Shown piece by piece: positions 1 through 14,099 of a DNA stretch of 64,000 nucleotides; the first letter of the stretch is position 1; each line of letters begins with the position of its first letter. Position numbers and translations under genes: made by a program. Below the pieces are notes generated by a model. The model did not search any database and was not told the origin of the DNA. It worked only from the letters and a program-made list of their open reading frames with translations. This DNA comes from Nageia nagi (lineage: Eukaryota > Plantae > Pinophyta): assembly GCA_050084985.1 (NCBI GenBank), contig JBITNC010000001.1, positions 45,756,001 to 45,820,000 of the forward strand. Direction: 5' to 3'.

Positions 1-1889
1 CCTATTCATGATTGTTCTCTACTGTATGCTTTTTATTCTATGAGCACATTATTTTTACATATTCATTCAAAATGTTTAAAGTTTCATAATTGCAAATATG
101 TTAAGGATTAAATTTTGAAATATGTTTCAAGTTTCAAGTTTTAAGGTTCAAAGTTCAAGTATTTTTCTAACTAATATCCATGTATCTACACTTGTTAAAC
201 TAAGTATTTTGTGCAAAAGACCTAGTCCAATAGGGAAAAAATGTAAACACCAAAAAGTGTACTTCTTTGAATAGATATGTTTTTATAGCATTGAAATTTT
301 ATAATGCATTACATTTTATTTCTAATTTTTAAAGTACAAAAATTAAATGATTTAAAAGGCTCAATTAGAGCTAAAAGTAACTTTAATTTAAAAGGCTCAA
401 AAAGTAGGTATCTAAAATAATCACTTAATTTATTAAGGGTGATATAAAATTCAATGACAAATTTAAAAATCCTCCTAATTCATTTTTGCACTCTTGATTC
501 AATTTTTCTCTCATGCTCTCATGTAATCTATGCTCCTAACATTTGGCTCCAAGATTGTAATAAGGGTTTGAAGGATTTTTCTCAAGGGTTAAGTGCTTTT
601 GGAAGGATTTTCCATCAACTTGGGCTAAAGATCTTCATGCCATAACACTTATGGTAATATTCTTCTCACAAACTTATTTAATTTTGCAAATACATTTGTA
701 TGTTTAAGGTTTGTGCAGGTCTTGGAGATCTTTCCACCATTGGAGAAGCTTGGATCTACCCATCTTTTGTATCCACCGTAAAATTGGGTGCATTTAGTAT
801 TATGTTTAGGCTAATCTCATTATAAATTGCATTTTCACCATTAAATGTGTCATTTAAATCCATAATATCATTAATATCTATTGTTCATACTCATAGGATC
901 TTATGGGTAATATTTGTCTTTGAATTATTTGAAGGTTTTTAAGGTGTAAATTGCTAGATCTTAATTTTATTATCAATGCATGTAAAGATTGAATGAATTA
1001 TTTAAATCCACCCTTGCATTTGTGTTAGGCATACAAACCCACACAACGGGCATTCAAATTTCATATGTTCTAACTGATTTAAGGGCTTGGGGGCTCACAT
1101 GCTTCTTTGGAGTGAGGAAACTCACTCCAAGCTAGCTAGGTGCCTTAAAGAGCCTAGGATAGGAGGCTTCCCTACCCATTTAGTTGCATTTAGGGTTTAT
1201 TTATGTTCTTGCAAAATTTTAGTTTATTATTTCAAGATTTGATCATATTTCTACTAGGTTTTTGGTGAGTGTATACCTAGTAAAGCATTGTTATGTATGT
1301 ATGAGTTTGTGTGTGATTTTGACGAGTTTAAGCTTGTTGAGGTACACTTGAGCATAAATTTTGACCTACAGATACCACTTCTTTGAAGTTGGAGGGCTTA
1401 AGGAGATAGGAGGATATGAAGTCATAATTAGTGATTTGATCACATCCCCTTGATTATTGTTAGGTGACATGCCTTGTGAAATCATCATCCAATATTTGAG
1501 ACTATGGATGATCCCATGTAAGCCTCATCTTGGAAGGATTAGAAGCTACTTGGGGGTTTAGAAATTATGGGTGGGAAGGTCGTGTTGGCTCAATTGAATT
1601 AGTAGAACAAGATTACTCGTACTCTAAAATGATGTCGAATGCATTTGAATCCCTTGAATATGTGACCCCTTCATTGAAGATCATGTCTTGATTGATATAC
1701 AACTTGTTGAATATTGGATCATAGAACCTGAAGGATTTAGACTCATCATAGTATCCCATAAGTTATAAAGATACACTTAATGGATTTTTTGTCCATTTTA
1801 TTCCTATTCTTCTTAGGAATATGCATATAGCAAGTGGAACTAAAGATCCTCAAGTGAGAGATTCTTGGTTTCTTAGCAAACTATGCCTC

Positions 1890-3800
1890 ATAGGGGGTTG
1901 AATTTTGCATAACCTTGTTTGGGCAGTGATTCAAGATATAAATGGTAGTATGGATAAATTTCTCCTATAATTTATTATCCATGCTTAAATCCTTTAGCAT
2001 GCACTAGACCATTTCTATAACCATTTAGTTATTTCATTCTAAAACATCATTTTGTTGAGGAGTATAGGCATCTGCATATTATCTCTTGATCCCATACTTG
2101 TTTCCTAGAATTTATTCAAATTATAGTTGAATTAGGTCTAATCCAATGCTTTGAAATTGATGAAGTAGTTAGAAGCATCAAATTTATCCTACAATAAATA
2201 TAACCAACTCATGTAAGAATAATCATTAGCAAAAATTAGCATATACAAGCACTTGGAAATGTTGAGAGTTTCCATAGGACCATAAAGGTCTACATGTACT
2301 AATTCCAAGGGTGCCTTGGTGCAATGTGGGTGGGTGGAAAACTTATCACAATGTTATTTCCCAAAAATTCAACTCTCACATATATTTTTTTGATGGATTA
2401 GAGAAGGTCAAAATACCACTCATAAGCTTATGCATTCCCTGTAATGAGTTTAAGTTAACATGGTTGAACTGCTTATGCCATAGCCATATCGAATCAAGTA
2501 TCACCTTAAAAATTTGATAGATATCGATGATATCTTGAGTATAGTGGTAATTACTTGGTGATTAGTCTCATTTATGATGGTGCATCTCTTCTTCTTAAAA
2601 ACTAGCATGTAGGTTTTTAAACACATATGGTCAATGCTTGAGAGATTATGCTTCAGCTCTGGAATATACAATGTATCATACATATGCATGATCTTGTTGA
2701 TATTTTTTTTGAAAGCAATAGAATTTTTATCGATAATATTGACCTATTTGTTATCACCAAACATGAATTTAATGATGACATTCTCCACAAGGTTAATGAA
2801 TCAACTCTTATTTCTAGTTGTATGAATGGAACAACTATTATCTAGATACAAAATCTAATCATCAACAACTTCACAATTATTGTACAACAAAAATAGGGTG
2901 ACATCACTGCTGAACTCTTTAATGAAGTTGGATTTGGATTATTTCTTCTCCATCTAGAAATATTATTTTTCTATGTGACCATATTTACCATAGAAGTTAT
3001 AATATTATGAGTTTGAGCTTTGGATTCTATTGGCTAATCAACCTCTTCCTCTAATATGATCTTCTCTATGACCTCTATCATAACAACCTCTACTGCAAAC
3101 TCTTAAAGAAGAGTTACAACTAGAGGAAGTGGAGACCTAATCATTCATTATGAGCTTGCCTTGTAAATCTTGATCAAGATCCTTAGACTTGTCTTTGATC
3201 CTTTTCTCATAGGTCTACAAGCTTTCAAGTAACTCAATCAGAGTGAGTTGGGATAAGTCATTGGACTCCTCTATTGCAATGGTGATGGGATTAAACCATC
3301 AGAAAAGGCTTCTAAGAACCTTTTCAACAATATGAGTGTCATCAAGATCCTCACCATGAGAATGAATGAAATTGACTAAGTTTTGAACTTTGTTCATGAA
3401 GCCCTCAATAGCTCTCCATTAACCATTTTGAGAGATTCAAAGTCTCTTTGGAGCATCTACAACTTGGATACTTTAACCTTGATGGAGGCCTCATAGGCAC
3501 TCTCAAGCATCTCGTAAGAAGCCTTTGAAACTTTATGTTCTACTATCTTATGAAAGATTAAAATATCTATCACACTTTGTAATCTAAAAAGGGCTTTGGC
3601 ATCCTTCTTTTGGATGTTCAAAAGCATATTTTTCTCATATGTTGAGAGCATTACAAATATCACTACCTCTATTATTATATAACCCTTGTAGAGAAGAGTC
3701 CACAAGTCTTGAGAGATAATAAGAGTTCTCATTATGATGCTTCAATATTCTAAGTGTTCACCAATAAACAAAGGGATCAACAACTACAAGGAATTTCCAT
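1890..3800 (-). mobile_element. Decayed Ty1/copia gag-integrase remnant
   Basis: ORF 3457-3732(-) 'SQDLW...KKDAKALF.LQ...LESAYE..KVKVSKL' is the copia gag N-terminus. It continues as 'VEKVLRSL...IAIEES.DLSQL' near 3200-3330, with integrase start 'LELVHVDLYGP' near 2280-2310(-). Many stops and frameshifts. Confidence 0.75.
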
Positions 3801-4004
3801 CCTTTGAATCCATTTCAACCCAATAAATTGTATTGTTCTAGTACTAATTAAAGAATTTGAGTTGTCATGATCAATGAAGAAGTATTTTGATTAAATCTAA
3901 AATAATCATGATTAAATAATTTAGTAACCATGGTTAAAGAAAGTAATTGTATGGAAGAATGGAATAGCGATGATCAAGAATAGTATAAAAGTTAGATTAT
4001 TGTA

Positions 4005-4480
4005 CTTTGAGGTTGATGATGTTAGCAAAAGCTTTGTCATGATGTGGGATAAGGCAAAAGGTAGAATATAGTACTTTTGAGATGATGACTTTAATAGAAA
4101 GGTAGTTATGATGTGGTAGCATAAGGAAATAGGAAAATATCATAATTTTGTAGGGATGATGTTATCCTAAGTGTTACCATAGTGTGGTATAAGGAAAAGT
4201 TAGTATGTTGCACTTTCCATAAGATGATGTCAACCAATATATTACTCTAATACAACATAGGGAGAAAAATATTGAATGTCACATGATAAGAGAAATGATA
4301 TCAACAAAAGGATTACCAGATCATAAAATAATAAGAAATGCATTAGTGTCAGATGATAAGAATATAGATGATGTTGGTAGAAGCTCGAAGCAAATGCAAT
4401 AATACAATAAAGTACTAAATGACTGGTAGCAAGATTGATGATATTAGCAAAAGCTTGAGAGTGATGTGATAAGGTGAGAA
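4005..4480. repeat. Degenerate ~70-bp tandem array (~7 units) in the copia 5' leader
   Basis: GATGATGT/GATGATAT-type cores recur at about 4015, 4084, 4156, 4223, 4294, 4367 and 4437, some followed by TAGCAAAAGC. Confidence 0.6.
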
Positions 4481-4914
4481 AAATATTAAATGCCATATGA
4501 ACATGACAAGAAAAGGCTTTGTAAGACATAACATGGCAAGCACAACATGGTACGACAAAGCACCAAAATGCATTCAACGAGTGAGAAAAGCTCCCAGGAA
4601 GCTTGAAATATGTTCTTTATTGAATATGGAAATCTAGCAATGCTCTAAAGAGCCTAACATATAGATTCAAATATATGAAAAGAGGTAAATATGGTTTGTA
4701 CATGATTCTAGCAATGGAAATCATGAGACTGAAGAGCTAAGTCAAAGACTAAAGCATTTAGACTTGTATGAGATCCAAAATTGGGAAAAAAAAATGCAAA
4801 CTAAGATAACTCACTACTAAAAGGCACACAAAATGAGAATATGACTAATACATAGAAGCTATAATGCAGGCTTAATGGTAAGAAATACCTCAAATGAGCT
4901 TCAAGATGCCTACA

Positions 4915-5421
4915 TGAAGATGTAGAGTCATACACTATCGCTCAACCACACAAAGAAAATGAAAATAAAGAGTTATAGAGAAAATGAAGTTTTTTCTATT
5001 ACGAGTAATAAAAATGGCAATATAACATTACAATAATCTCTTCTATATATTTTTCGAAGGAAAGCTATGTCCTATTTATAGATACAAATAGTGGAGTATT
5101 GGAGATTCCAAGAAATTTAATGGATCATAATCTGCTAAGAGAATTAAGAAAACATAAACGAAATCTATCATAAAGGAATGAGCATCCATGTTTATGCATC
5201 CAATGAATATTTGATCATATTATGAGCATTAAAGCTCAACTACACACTTGCAAAAGGAAATAAATGTCGATAGGTGAAGAAGTAGTTCATCGCAAAGTAA
5301 TCATTGGAGGAGATATGTATGCACAAATGATGCAACCAAAATGGAAATTCAAACCTGAACATTAAATTCCTTTATTTGATTAGATTGAGATCTATAATAA
5401 GATATCAAATATCACTTTAAC
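4915..5421 (-). mobile_element. Probable 5' LTR of the decayed copia
   Basis: Reverse TATA box CTATTTATAG at ~5071-5080 and a CACTTTAACA end at 5421 (TGTTAAAG on minus), upstream of the gag remnant. No partner LTR seen. Confidence 0.4.
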
Positions 5422-5499
5422 ATTGTTCGCATAGTAAAAAAAAATTCATAGGTGAAGCATGCAAGAAGATAATATTATTTCTAGCTTTCCTTAATACAA

Positions 5500-8050
5500 A
5501 TAGAATTCCAATCTAAAATAAATGTCAAACTTCAAAATTTTAGGGTGGAAGGTGAAGAGGATATCCTAGTGGGATTTGTTATAAAGTGAACCACTAAAAT
5601 TATAGGGGAGTGAAAAAGGATGAACTCCACCTCCAATCATTTTGTCCTTTCATAAAGGACTAAAACTTATGCAAAATATGTTTTAGCATGGACATAAGGG
5701 CTTAGAACTCTCTAGTGCTTAAAGTGGATGCTAAGAGGTAATCCTAAAAAGGATACTCCAAATTTTTTTTTGGGTTCTGAGTACATAACCCATACCATTT
5801 AAAAATATAAGAACTATAGTTGACTGAGTTAATATCCCATCACTTGTTGAATGTTTTAATAATATTTACATGAGATGAAAACCAAGAATAACTAACCAAG
5901 GTTTTGCATTTGAGAACAAGATTATCATATTATCATTTCAATCTTTCTACTATGATTTTTATGAATAAGTATTTATTTTATAATGCATATAAATTAATAC
6001 ATATTTATTAAACACGTTAAAAGTTTCCTTGTCAAAGTTGATCACTTTGAAATTATTTTGGAAGGTATCTTAGGGGAGCTAATCCTTGCTTTATTATTAT
6101 AAGAAATTAGAGATTATATAAATTCCTCTCTTGAAGAATTTTTGGGCATGAAGCTAAAAATATTAGCTAAAGGGGCTCCCCTAATAATTATGATTAAGGA
6201 CCATCAAAGGCAAAGTGAACTAATTCTCATTCTAGAGATCATTACCATTCCATTTCAATAACCTCCTAAGCTTTCCAAATGCTCTGCATGATAAAAGATC
6301 TAAAAACTTTAATAGATACACAAGAAACTAGAATGGAAGATAGATTTGTACCTTTTTAAACCTTCAAACCATGGGAGATCCAAATATATGAGATAATGAA
6401 TTAAATAATTTCATACCTATTCACTTTTTAAAGCCCTAAGAAGCCACTTGATATATAGGGCCATCCCTTATTTATGATATTCAATAAGTCATATGCCTTC
6501 TAAGGATTATGAGATACAATAAAATTCCCAAGAAATATTATGAAAATTGATGGAAAATGAGGGGGAGGGATATGTGGACCATAATAAATCCCTAAGAATC
6601 TTATCTAATATTTGATAACAAGTTTGAGATGGAAACTAGTAGGAAGAGTAATCAACATAAGTCACAACTAAGACCTTGAAGCAAATGTACAAATTCCTTG
6701 TTAAGGAAATTATTTTAGATCCAATAAGAAATTTTTACTTCAAAGTTGAAAAACATGTATTTCTATAACTCTTATAAGAAACTTTGAAAGGAAAAATGTA
6801 TGCCTAGGAATATAATAATTTCCATAGGTTGAAGCCATTTCCATTAATAGTGTAGCCAACATATAAGGATTGGCTAAGGAGATTGCTTGTAACACATAGT
6901 CTTATGTTATTGGATACTAAATCCTAAGGGTTTACAAAATATTTTTAGACAATGAATCACCTTATTGAAGGAGTATTCTCATTTATAGGAGTGAGAAATG
7001 TGACATGTGTAAAATGATCATTGATAAGATGGGTTATTCTATAGAGTAGATAGATTCCTCAAATAAGCCCCTACGAGGTTTTATACACAAGAAGATAGTC
7101 AAATCCTCAGTTGCAAGGATATATAATTAGGTAGTGAGAGAACAACTTGACATATGGATTGAAAATGTCCAATGGTACCTGAATGGGATTGATTTACGAT
7201 GAGTAGGAATTAAAAAAAGAGTTCTTATTGACTTTTTGAATCTCTCACTAAAACTATGTGCTTTGATCATGAAAAGAATAAAATGCCACTTGATTTGATC
7301 ATAGGATTTTTCATAATCAATCTTAATAATGAGAATAGGTTAATTAAACTAGCAAGTTTATTATATGCCTTCCTAGACTCCCATAACATTATCAAATATT
7401 TATCTTGTATGAATAAATCTCATCTATTCAAGATGGACAATGATAAGGAGGAGAGGTATAATTCAAATAGCTAGTGCCTTAGCAATAAGTTTATATAAGA
7501 CATTGATTAGAGTTATAGATTTTCAATTTATTATTTAGCTCAAGGTCTTCTAGCCTCAAAATGAAACTAATATTACATTGATTAATAGTCAAGTTAAGGA
7601 GTTGCTCACCATGGCCTTCTAGTCGACATGTAGAATGTTTAGCATGATCATTTTCTAGAGGGCTTTATGGAACTTACAAAAGAAGCCATCAAGCCCGAGG
7701 GAATTATCATTGACCATTTACAAAAGCACCTCATATAGATCTTTAAGGATGAAGGGTTTATCATATTGAGAGCACTACAAGTTAGGGATATTACAAGAGA
7801 TTACTACTAAGAAATCTATAAAGTGCTTGGTCCCTATGAGGAGAAGGGGGTTGAGAGGTAACAACCTACTTATAATAAGAGGTGAATGCTTACAAAATAA
7901 GAAGGATGAAAGTAAGGCATCCATAACTTAGCTTTGATGAACATTGCTTTATTGGATGATTGAAGTATGTGAAAAAATTTCTTCGACATCCTATCTTCAA
8001 CTTTGAACTAGTAGAAATGATCCTTTAATTAGGTTCCTTTCGTCTCATAT
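5500..8050 (-). mobile_element. Decayed L1-type LINE ORF2 (reverse transcriptase)
   Basis: Minus-strand translations: 'DNSLGLDGF' (KSPGPDGF motif, ~7685-7710), 'KSITLINVLYKLIA' (~7480-7525), 'LIIKIDYEKSYDQIKW' (~7285-7332) and a QGCPLSP-like motif at ~7135-7160. Confidence 0.7.
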
Positions 8051-8999
8051 ATCTTAAAAAGTTTGACTTGATCTAAGACCAAAAAAAACTCATTAAGAAA
8101 TGATAAATAAGTAAATACATACAAAAAATTATTTTTAATATCAAGTTGAGTTATTCGTATATTAATAATATCTTATAAGAAAAGAATGTTGAAATATCAT
8201 GTATACTTATATATAAAATATCATGTATACCTTGGACGGAATCTAAGGAAAGAAATTGATGCAGCATAGTTGGGAATTGAGGACGGCATGCTGTAGGGTT
8301 CCAGTGAAGGGAATTCTTGAGGATGTGCACAGTATTCCAGTAAAAATCTTGAATTTTTAAGCGTTATCAGGTCGATTTTGCAATCCCCCTTTTGTATAAT
8401 GCAATGGGTATCAATAAAACTAACGCCTACTGTTTGTAGTTATATTTAATCGCAAATCTGTGGAAGCAATTAGACATCTTGGCATTTTGATTTTAATGGG
8501 TCCTGTGATTTTGCTACTGGATGCCATATTTGCATATGGGTGTCGATTAGCAGAAGACATCTTTAGCGAAGACATCAACAAGCCCTAGAAAATATGGTGG
8601 CAGAAATATACAGGCCAAAAAAATGGACAACTAAGAAGAAATCCAGGAATTCGGTATACTATCGGGACAGTAGAACACGAATAAACTATGTTGATTTGAC
8701 AGATACTAGTAAATCTTCAACATTAATATATGGACAGCATGTACCAAAGTCAATTGAAGCAAAGTTTCTGGAAACATCAAGTAGTCATTTTTGTGTACTC
8801 ATACAAATTAATAACATTTTTCTCACTGAAATCGAATTTACAGAAGAAATAAAGCAAGATCATTTAACATGAATATGAGATCTACTCCGAATTGTTTTCT
8901 ATTATGTACAAAGAATTCTGTGTAAACAACTGTCTTGCTAGCTTTGGTGTTTGTTAGGTAGGCAATTCCTTCAAAGGAAGCAGTAGTAAGATTAGTCAT

Positions 9000-11900
9000 T
9001 GACCTGACAACAATTCTTAAAAGAAGATCTAAGATATCTCAGCTAGAACACTTACTCTTCAAATTATAGCCCATCAATCTTTCCAAATGTTGCCAAATGT
9101 ATGAGCGAATCATATTTGGTAACTTAGAAGCAAACAAACTTACTACCTCTCTCATGGAAAAGTTCTATGTTTTCTTGGCCCAAGTCTTGATACATATTTT
9201 TTCTCTATTGGTATCAAGTTTGCTTTAATTAGGTAACCTTCATCAAGCCCCATGCTATTTTCCGTTTGTACTACCTTTTACTCTTCTTCTTCATTTATCC
9301 AATGGTATTGCCACGTAAAAAGTCTTACAGCATACAATTTGTCTTTTTAACTTACCTCAATGAAGTTCACTTTTTTTCTACCATTCACTTTCTTCACCTC
9401 TAGAAATACACCGTAGACCAATTTGAACTTACCCATAAATTATATGGGTTTTTTATACCGTATCCAAAACTTGTTATTACAAATGAGTGTTGGCAACATA
9501 TTGCTGTCGCTTATTTTATATTATCTTTTGGTATCTCAAAATATTGAGCACAGTGTTCTTACATATTTCAATTTGTTGTAGAAGTTTTCTCCATTGAACG
9601 AGTCTACGATTGAAATTGTAATGCTTAGTTCATCTATCTTCTACAGTCATCTCATTTTTTCCCTAAATTAGGATGGCCCCTCTCCCAAAACTGTCTGGCA
9701 TTAATTGTTTGCCTTCCACAACTTCCTTGGCTATTTCTTGCCGAGCAGGGTATGTTCTAATATTATGTCCTGCTCAAGCGTATGCCAAATACATACAATT
9801 GTTATTTTCATACCATAGTTCTTGAATCCATTCACCTAAATCTAACTTGAGTGTATGCCAAATACATACAATTGTTATTTTCATACCATAGTTCTTGAAT
9901 CCATTCACCTAAATCTAACTTGAGTGTTATTGTTTTTGGTAGCTTCACCCCAATTTCTACAATGACACAAAATCTTGCCGCTATGAATCTTGTTCGAGCT
10001 TTCGTAACCTCATTGACTGTAATGAATTTACCAAAGGACCCTACAAATCCTTCGAATAATTTCTAATGCTAGAAATCAAATGGAAAATTAAAGAGGGTAA
10101 CCTTGATTGAAGTGTTCATTATCTAAGGCATGCTTAAGATATAATCTTGTATTATTAAGAAAAAATATAATATAATAATTGAGCATTGCCGCAACTTTCA
10201 CATTACCTTTGATCTTCCATATTTGTCCATTTACAAATCGAGTCAATATTTGGATGACCGCCATGAAGCCAACTAACCAAAGTGAACCGCCCCCTCTACG
10301 TAGATTTGTTGATAATAGTGCGCAGGATTTTGAGTAGTATCCTTTCCCCTCTCTTCCCTGTCTTTAAAGGGGGCCAGCTATGCCAGGATTTCTTGGGCAT
10401 TTCCATATTTCAACGCATCATTGGTGAATATAGAACTGGCCACCAGATTTGCGTGTCTTCCTATCCATGCTTCGCCCTCATAGTGTCTTGGTCCTCTCGT
10501 GTAGTTTTCCACTTGCCTGATCAGTGCCCTAGCTAGCTGGAGCCTGAGCCAGATCCGAGCGAGTCTATCTCCGGCTCCGCAGCACTTTTCCTTGCACCCA
10601 ACCTATTCTCCTTGCCTTGCTCATGCCTTGCCTTGCCTAATCTATGCTGATGTAGGCCAGCAGAACCAGCAGGGGCGGGTGTCGCATGTGCGCATCTCCT
10701 CAATTCTTCGCTACAACCTCTAAAGCTATGTTGCTTCATTGTTCCAGATGTCTGTTAATTGCTTATTGCTCACTGTATACATGCAAGCCTTCTTTTTCCA
10801 AACTCCTTTAGCTTTGTTATCCTCCAATATTTTTTTTCCTCTATACTTCAACCTCCGAGCCATCTTTTTCCTCTATACTTCAACCTCCTAGCCATCTTGG
10901 TCGTCTACCATTGGGGTCTTGTCTCTTGTATGTTTTCTAGCCAAATTCCCTTTGTCCTTGGGTGCATAACATGACAACTTCATATTTGAATGTGAGGCCT
11001 GCAATAACATTTTTTACATTTAGTTTTGTTGACTAAACTTTTCACTTCAATTGCACATTTGTTGTCTCTTCATAAATTTTTTTTATCAGTCTTTGGCAAA
11101 TCCTACCTCTCTCTGTTGATGCAGTTGCTATTTCTGTTAATCTGTCAAACTTGTCTGCCACCATTTTCCTTCTCTTTGCTTTTGTCTTCAACATCACAAA
11201 GTCTTTGAGTGATCAATAGTGGAGCCAAATTTCCTGTAACTTGTTTAATGTTAAATGGCCTGATGTTCATCCTCAATTCCTTATAAAATCAATGTCCATG
11301 ACCTTCACCAACTTTTTGAATTATACAAAGTTCTAGTTGATCTGGTGTTTCACTAATACTCTCAAGATTGACTTTAGATTATATTGTTGGATATTCTAAA
11401 GAAGTTTCCATATTACTAAAGAATTGCTCAGAGACGTAATGCCACCTCAGTGCTCAAACGCAAACATATGTCCTGGTCACAAGTAGTTCTTCTAGGGATC
11501 AAGTTTGCCTCTTGTCGTTTCACATTCTCAACCAGAATAGGAGTAACAACCCAGGCCATGTTCTGTGATGGCCACAAATATTTGTGGTACACATAATGTT
11601 CATTCTTCAGAACCTATTCAAAACTCAGATTTCCAGAAACAACACTATTCATGAGGACATTACCATGGCTAGTCATTCATGTAAATGTAAATACTCACAA
11701 AGTTTAAGAGAAATTCCTTGTAAAGGTGCAAGTACCTACAGCTACCACTCCTCAATCCATTGCATCAATTCAAGGCCACATCAGGTTCACATTCTCGTCA
11801 CTCCTAAGAAGTTTCCCCATGGGTGCTGATATGATGTGAATGGAAATCCTATTGTGTTGAGAATGAAGATTGTAGTTAGTAATCGAGATCATCCAAGACT

Positions 11901-12200
11901 AGTATTACTTCAAACAAATATTGAGGTTCATTCACTCCACGTATTACTGTAACATGGTATACATTATCAATGAGCTCCAAAGATCCACATAGATATTGAG
12001 AACTCGATTGACCTCCTTCACGAAAGTCATGGTAGTATTCACTATGAAGAAGATAATGCTCAGGTCCAGACAATCAATTAGCAAGTAACAGCTTGGTGGT
12101 TCTTAAGGGTGACCAGGAGCCTACTGACATTGATCAAGACAAGTAAAATGCTACCAATCACTGCTACTTTTACTGAGTGCTTCTCTTCTGAAAATAAATT
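9000..12200 (+). mobile_element. Highly decayed LINE-like fragments (tentative)
   Basis: Only weak motif traces: DUF4283-like 'PSPKTVW' near 9680 and RT-like 'PFSFSLL' / 'LKID' near 11160-11375. No continuous frame. Confidence 0.25.
9780..9927. repeat. Exact 73-bp tandem duplication
   Basis: GTATGCCAAATACATAC...CTAACTTGAGT starts at 9780 and again at 9853. Confidence 0.95.
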
Positions 12201-13259
12201 TGATCATTGTCTCTGGCCACTGCAACATAGGCTTAGTCTTTTTACATTGAGGCTTGTAGCTTTGAGGGTTTGTTGTCATGTCAGTTGACTGCATAGGTGC
12301 ATGGCCCTTTTTAATAGCTGAAAAAAATTAGTTATCAAAGAATGAATGTTTTAAAAAACTTATTTAATATTAAAGAGGTCATGATTCATCTCAAAATGGA
12401 GACAGAAAATTGATAATGACAAATAAAAACTTTATAGAACTGATATAAGAACAAAAAAATTCAATTATATTATGTCTTGGCCACACACCCTTCTTAATAG
12501 CACTGCCTACTTCGTCTCCATCTTAGAACTTTAAAATAGCTAAAATCAAAAGCACCCAACAAAAAAATGATTATTACCTTCTCTGCAGACAGTGAATCTG
12601 TACAAACATTGCTGATTAGCTGTGCATTCAACTGCAAATTTCAAGCAAAAGAATCAAGTTCACCAGAGCCAAAAAATTAATAATGATCTCGTAATATAGT
12701 TGATGAAATAAGTTCCTCAAGGATGTTTGTTTAATGAAGGTACCTGTACAATTGTTTTTAACAGAAAAAGACATATTGACTGTTATACTATATTATTCAA
12801 ATGCTGAGAAGGCATAAGATGATTTTGTGTTCATCTAGCTTATTAGGTTGTTTAGTTAGTTTAGCACATTTTGAATGGTTGTAGGCTTCTCAGCCCTTGA
12901 CATTGTATGATGTGACTCAACTCTAGTATAACCACCTTTAAATTTAGTGGTGTTGAAGTGACATTTCCATGTTTTTGATTCCCTAGAAATTTTTCTTCCT
13001 TGTTCTAAGTTTGTGAGAAATTAAACCATTTTTTTAAATATTAGATGGGCCTCTAGCAAAGTCTTTCAGCATTAGGGTTGGAAAATTAAAAGAAAAAGGT
13101 TAGTGTTATCCTCTGTAGAAGTTTGTGATTTTTAAACATTAGAGGAATAGTCTCTCTCAATATTTATTCTCTCCATTTGAGTTTTGAACTCGTAACTCTC
13201 AATATCACTTGTATTGGAAGAAATTTTAATAAACAAAAGCTAGATTAGGTAGTGAAATA

Positions 13260-13900
13260 AGAAATACCCTTGTTGCTTCTTCCTTGGTTGTGTTTCTTCC
13301 TTGGCTGCTATTGTTTCTTTGTTGGTTGCTGTTTTTCTTCCTTGGTTGTTGTCTTCGTTTTTGTGTGAGCATAAAATGAAATGTTTTTGACATGGAATGC
13401 ATATATAAGTCATTTTAAGCTTCTTTTTGGAGGGCAGGTGAGGACATTGGTGGGTCCCACCCCCAATCTATTTTACACTTTTTTTTTAAAAAATTTAAAG
13501 TGAGTTTTTTATTCTTTTAATTGGTTGGTCGTTCATAGCCATGGGGGACCGGTTGGACGTCCTTCAGGATGACCAATCGTAACCTTTGATGTCCCCCTTA
13601 TGAAGAACGTACAAGAGATGACCCCACTTTGGTTGGGGCATCTCAAGGATGGACCCTATTGTTTACCATAAAAGGGGATGAGGGGAGAAACGTCCCACAC
13701 AATGTCCTCTTGTACAAGAAACAAGAAGGGTATGTGTGCTTCAAAGGGGGAAATGCATCCCCGTGGAATCTTGGTAAAAAGATAAGTTTTGAAAATGGTT
13801 TATTATTTATTATACAGAGGTTTAATACCAAGGGTTTAATAAATTAAAAAAGAAGGTGATAAATTTTTAAAATAGGTTTTTATTTTTTTTAAGAAGCCCT
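13260..13900. mobile_element. Possible non-autonomous DNA transposon remnant rich in GGGGAC/GTCCCC motifs
   Basis: Clustered GGGGGACC, GGACGTCC, GTCCCCC, ACGTCCC and CATCCCC motifs at 13540-13770, and degenerate CTTCCTTGGTTG repeats at 13270-13355. No TIRs identified. Confidence 0.3.
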
Positions 13901-14099
13901 TAAACATACATGTTTTGAAGGCTTTTAACTAAATGACCCCTTCAAGGTGTCAGACCTGAGCAATTTGCGACTAACAATAGGTATTGAATGAATTGACTTT
14001 AAGTTTGAAGGAATTTGATGCGAGTTCCTTTTTTAAAGCCACGATAGAGTTATGATTATACTATGTAAGCTTCCATTGAAAATTATGTAGGAAGCTCAT

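Noticed and set aside
12575-12640. Minus-strand CAGCTAATCAGCAATG ('QLISN') resembling the start of dioxygenase exon 4, with flanking AG/GT
   Set aside because: Similarity is limited to ~16 nt; the GKYKS..HR motif does not follow.
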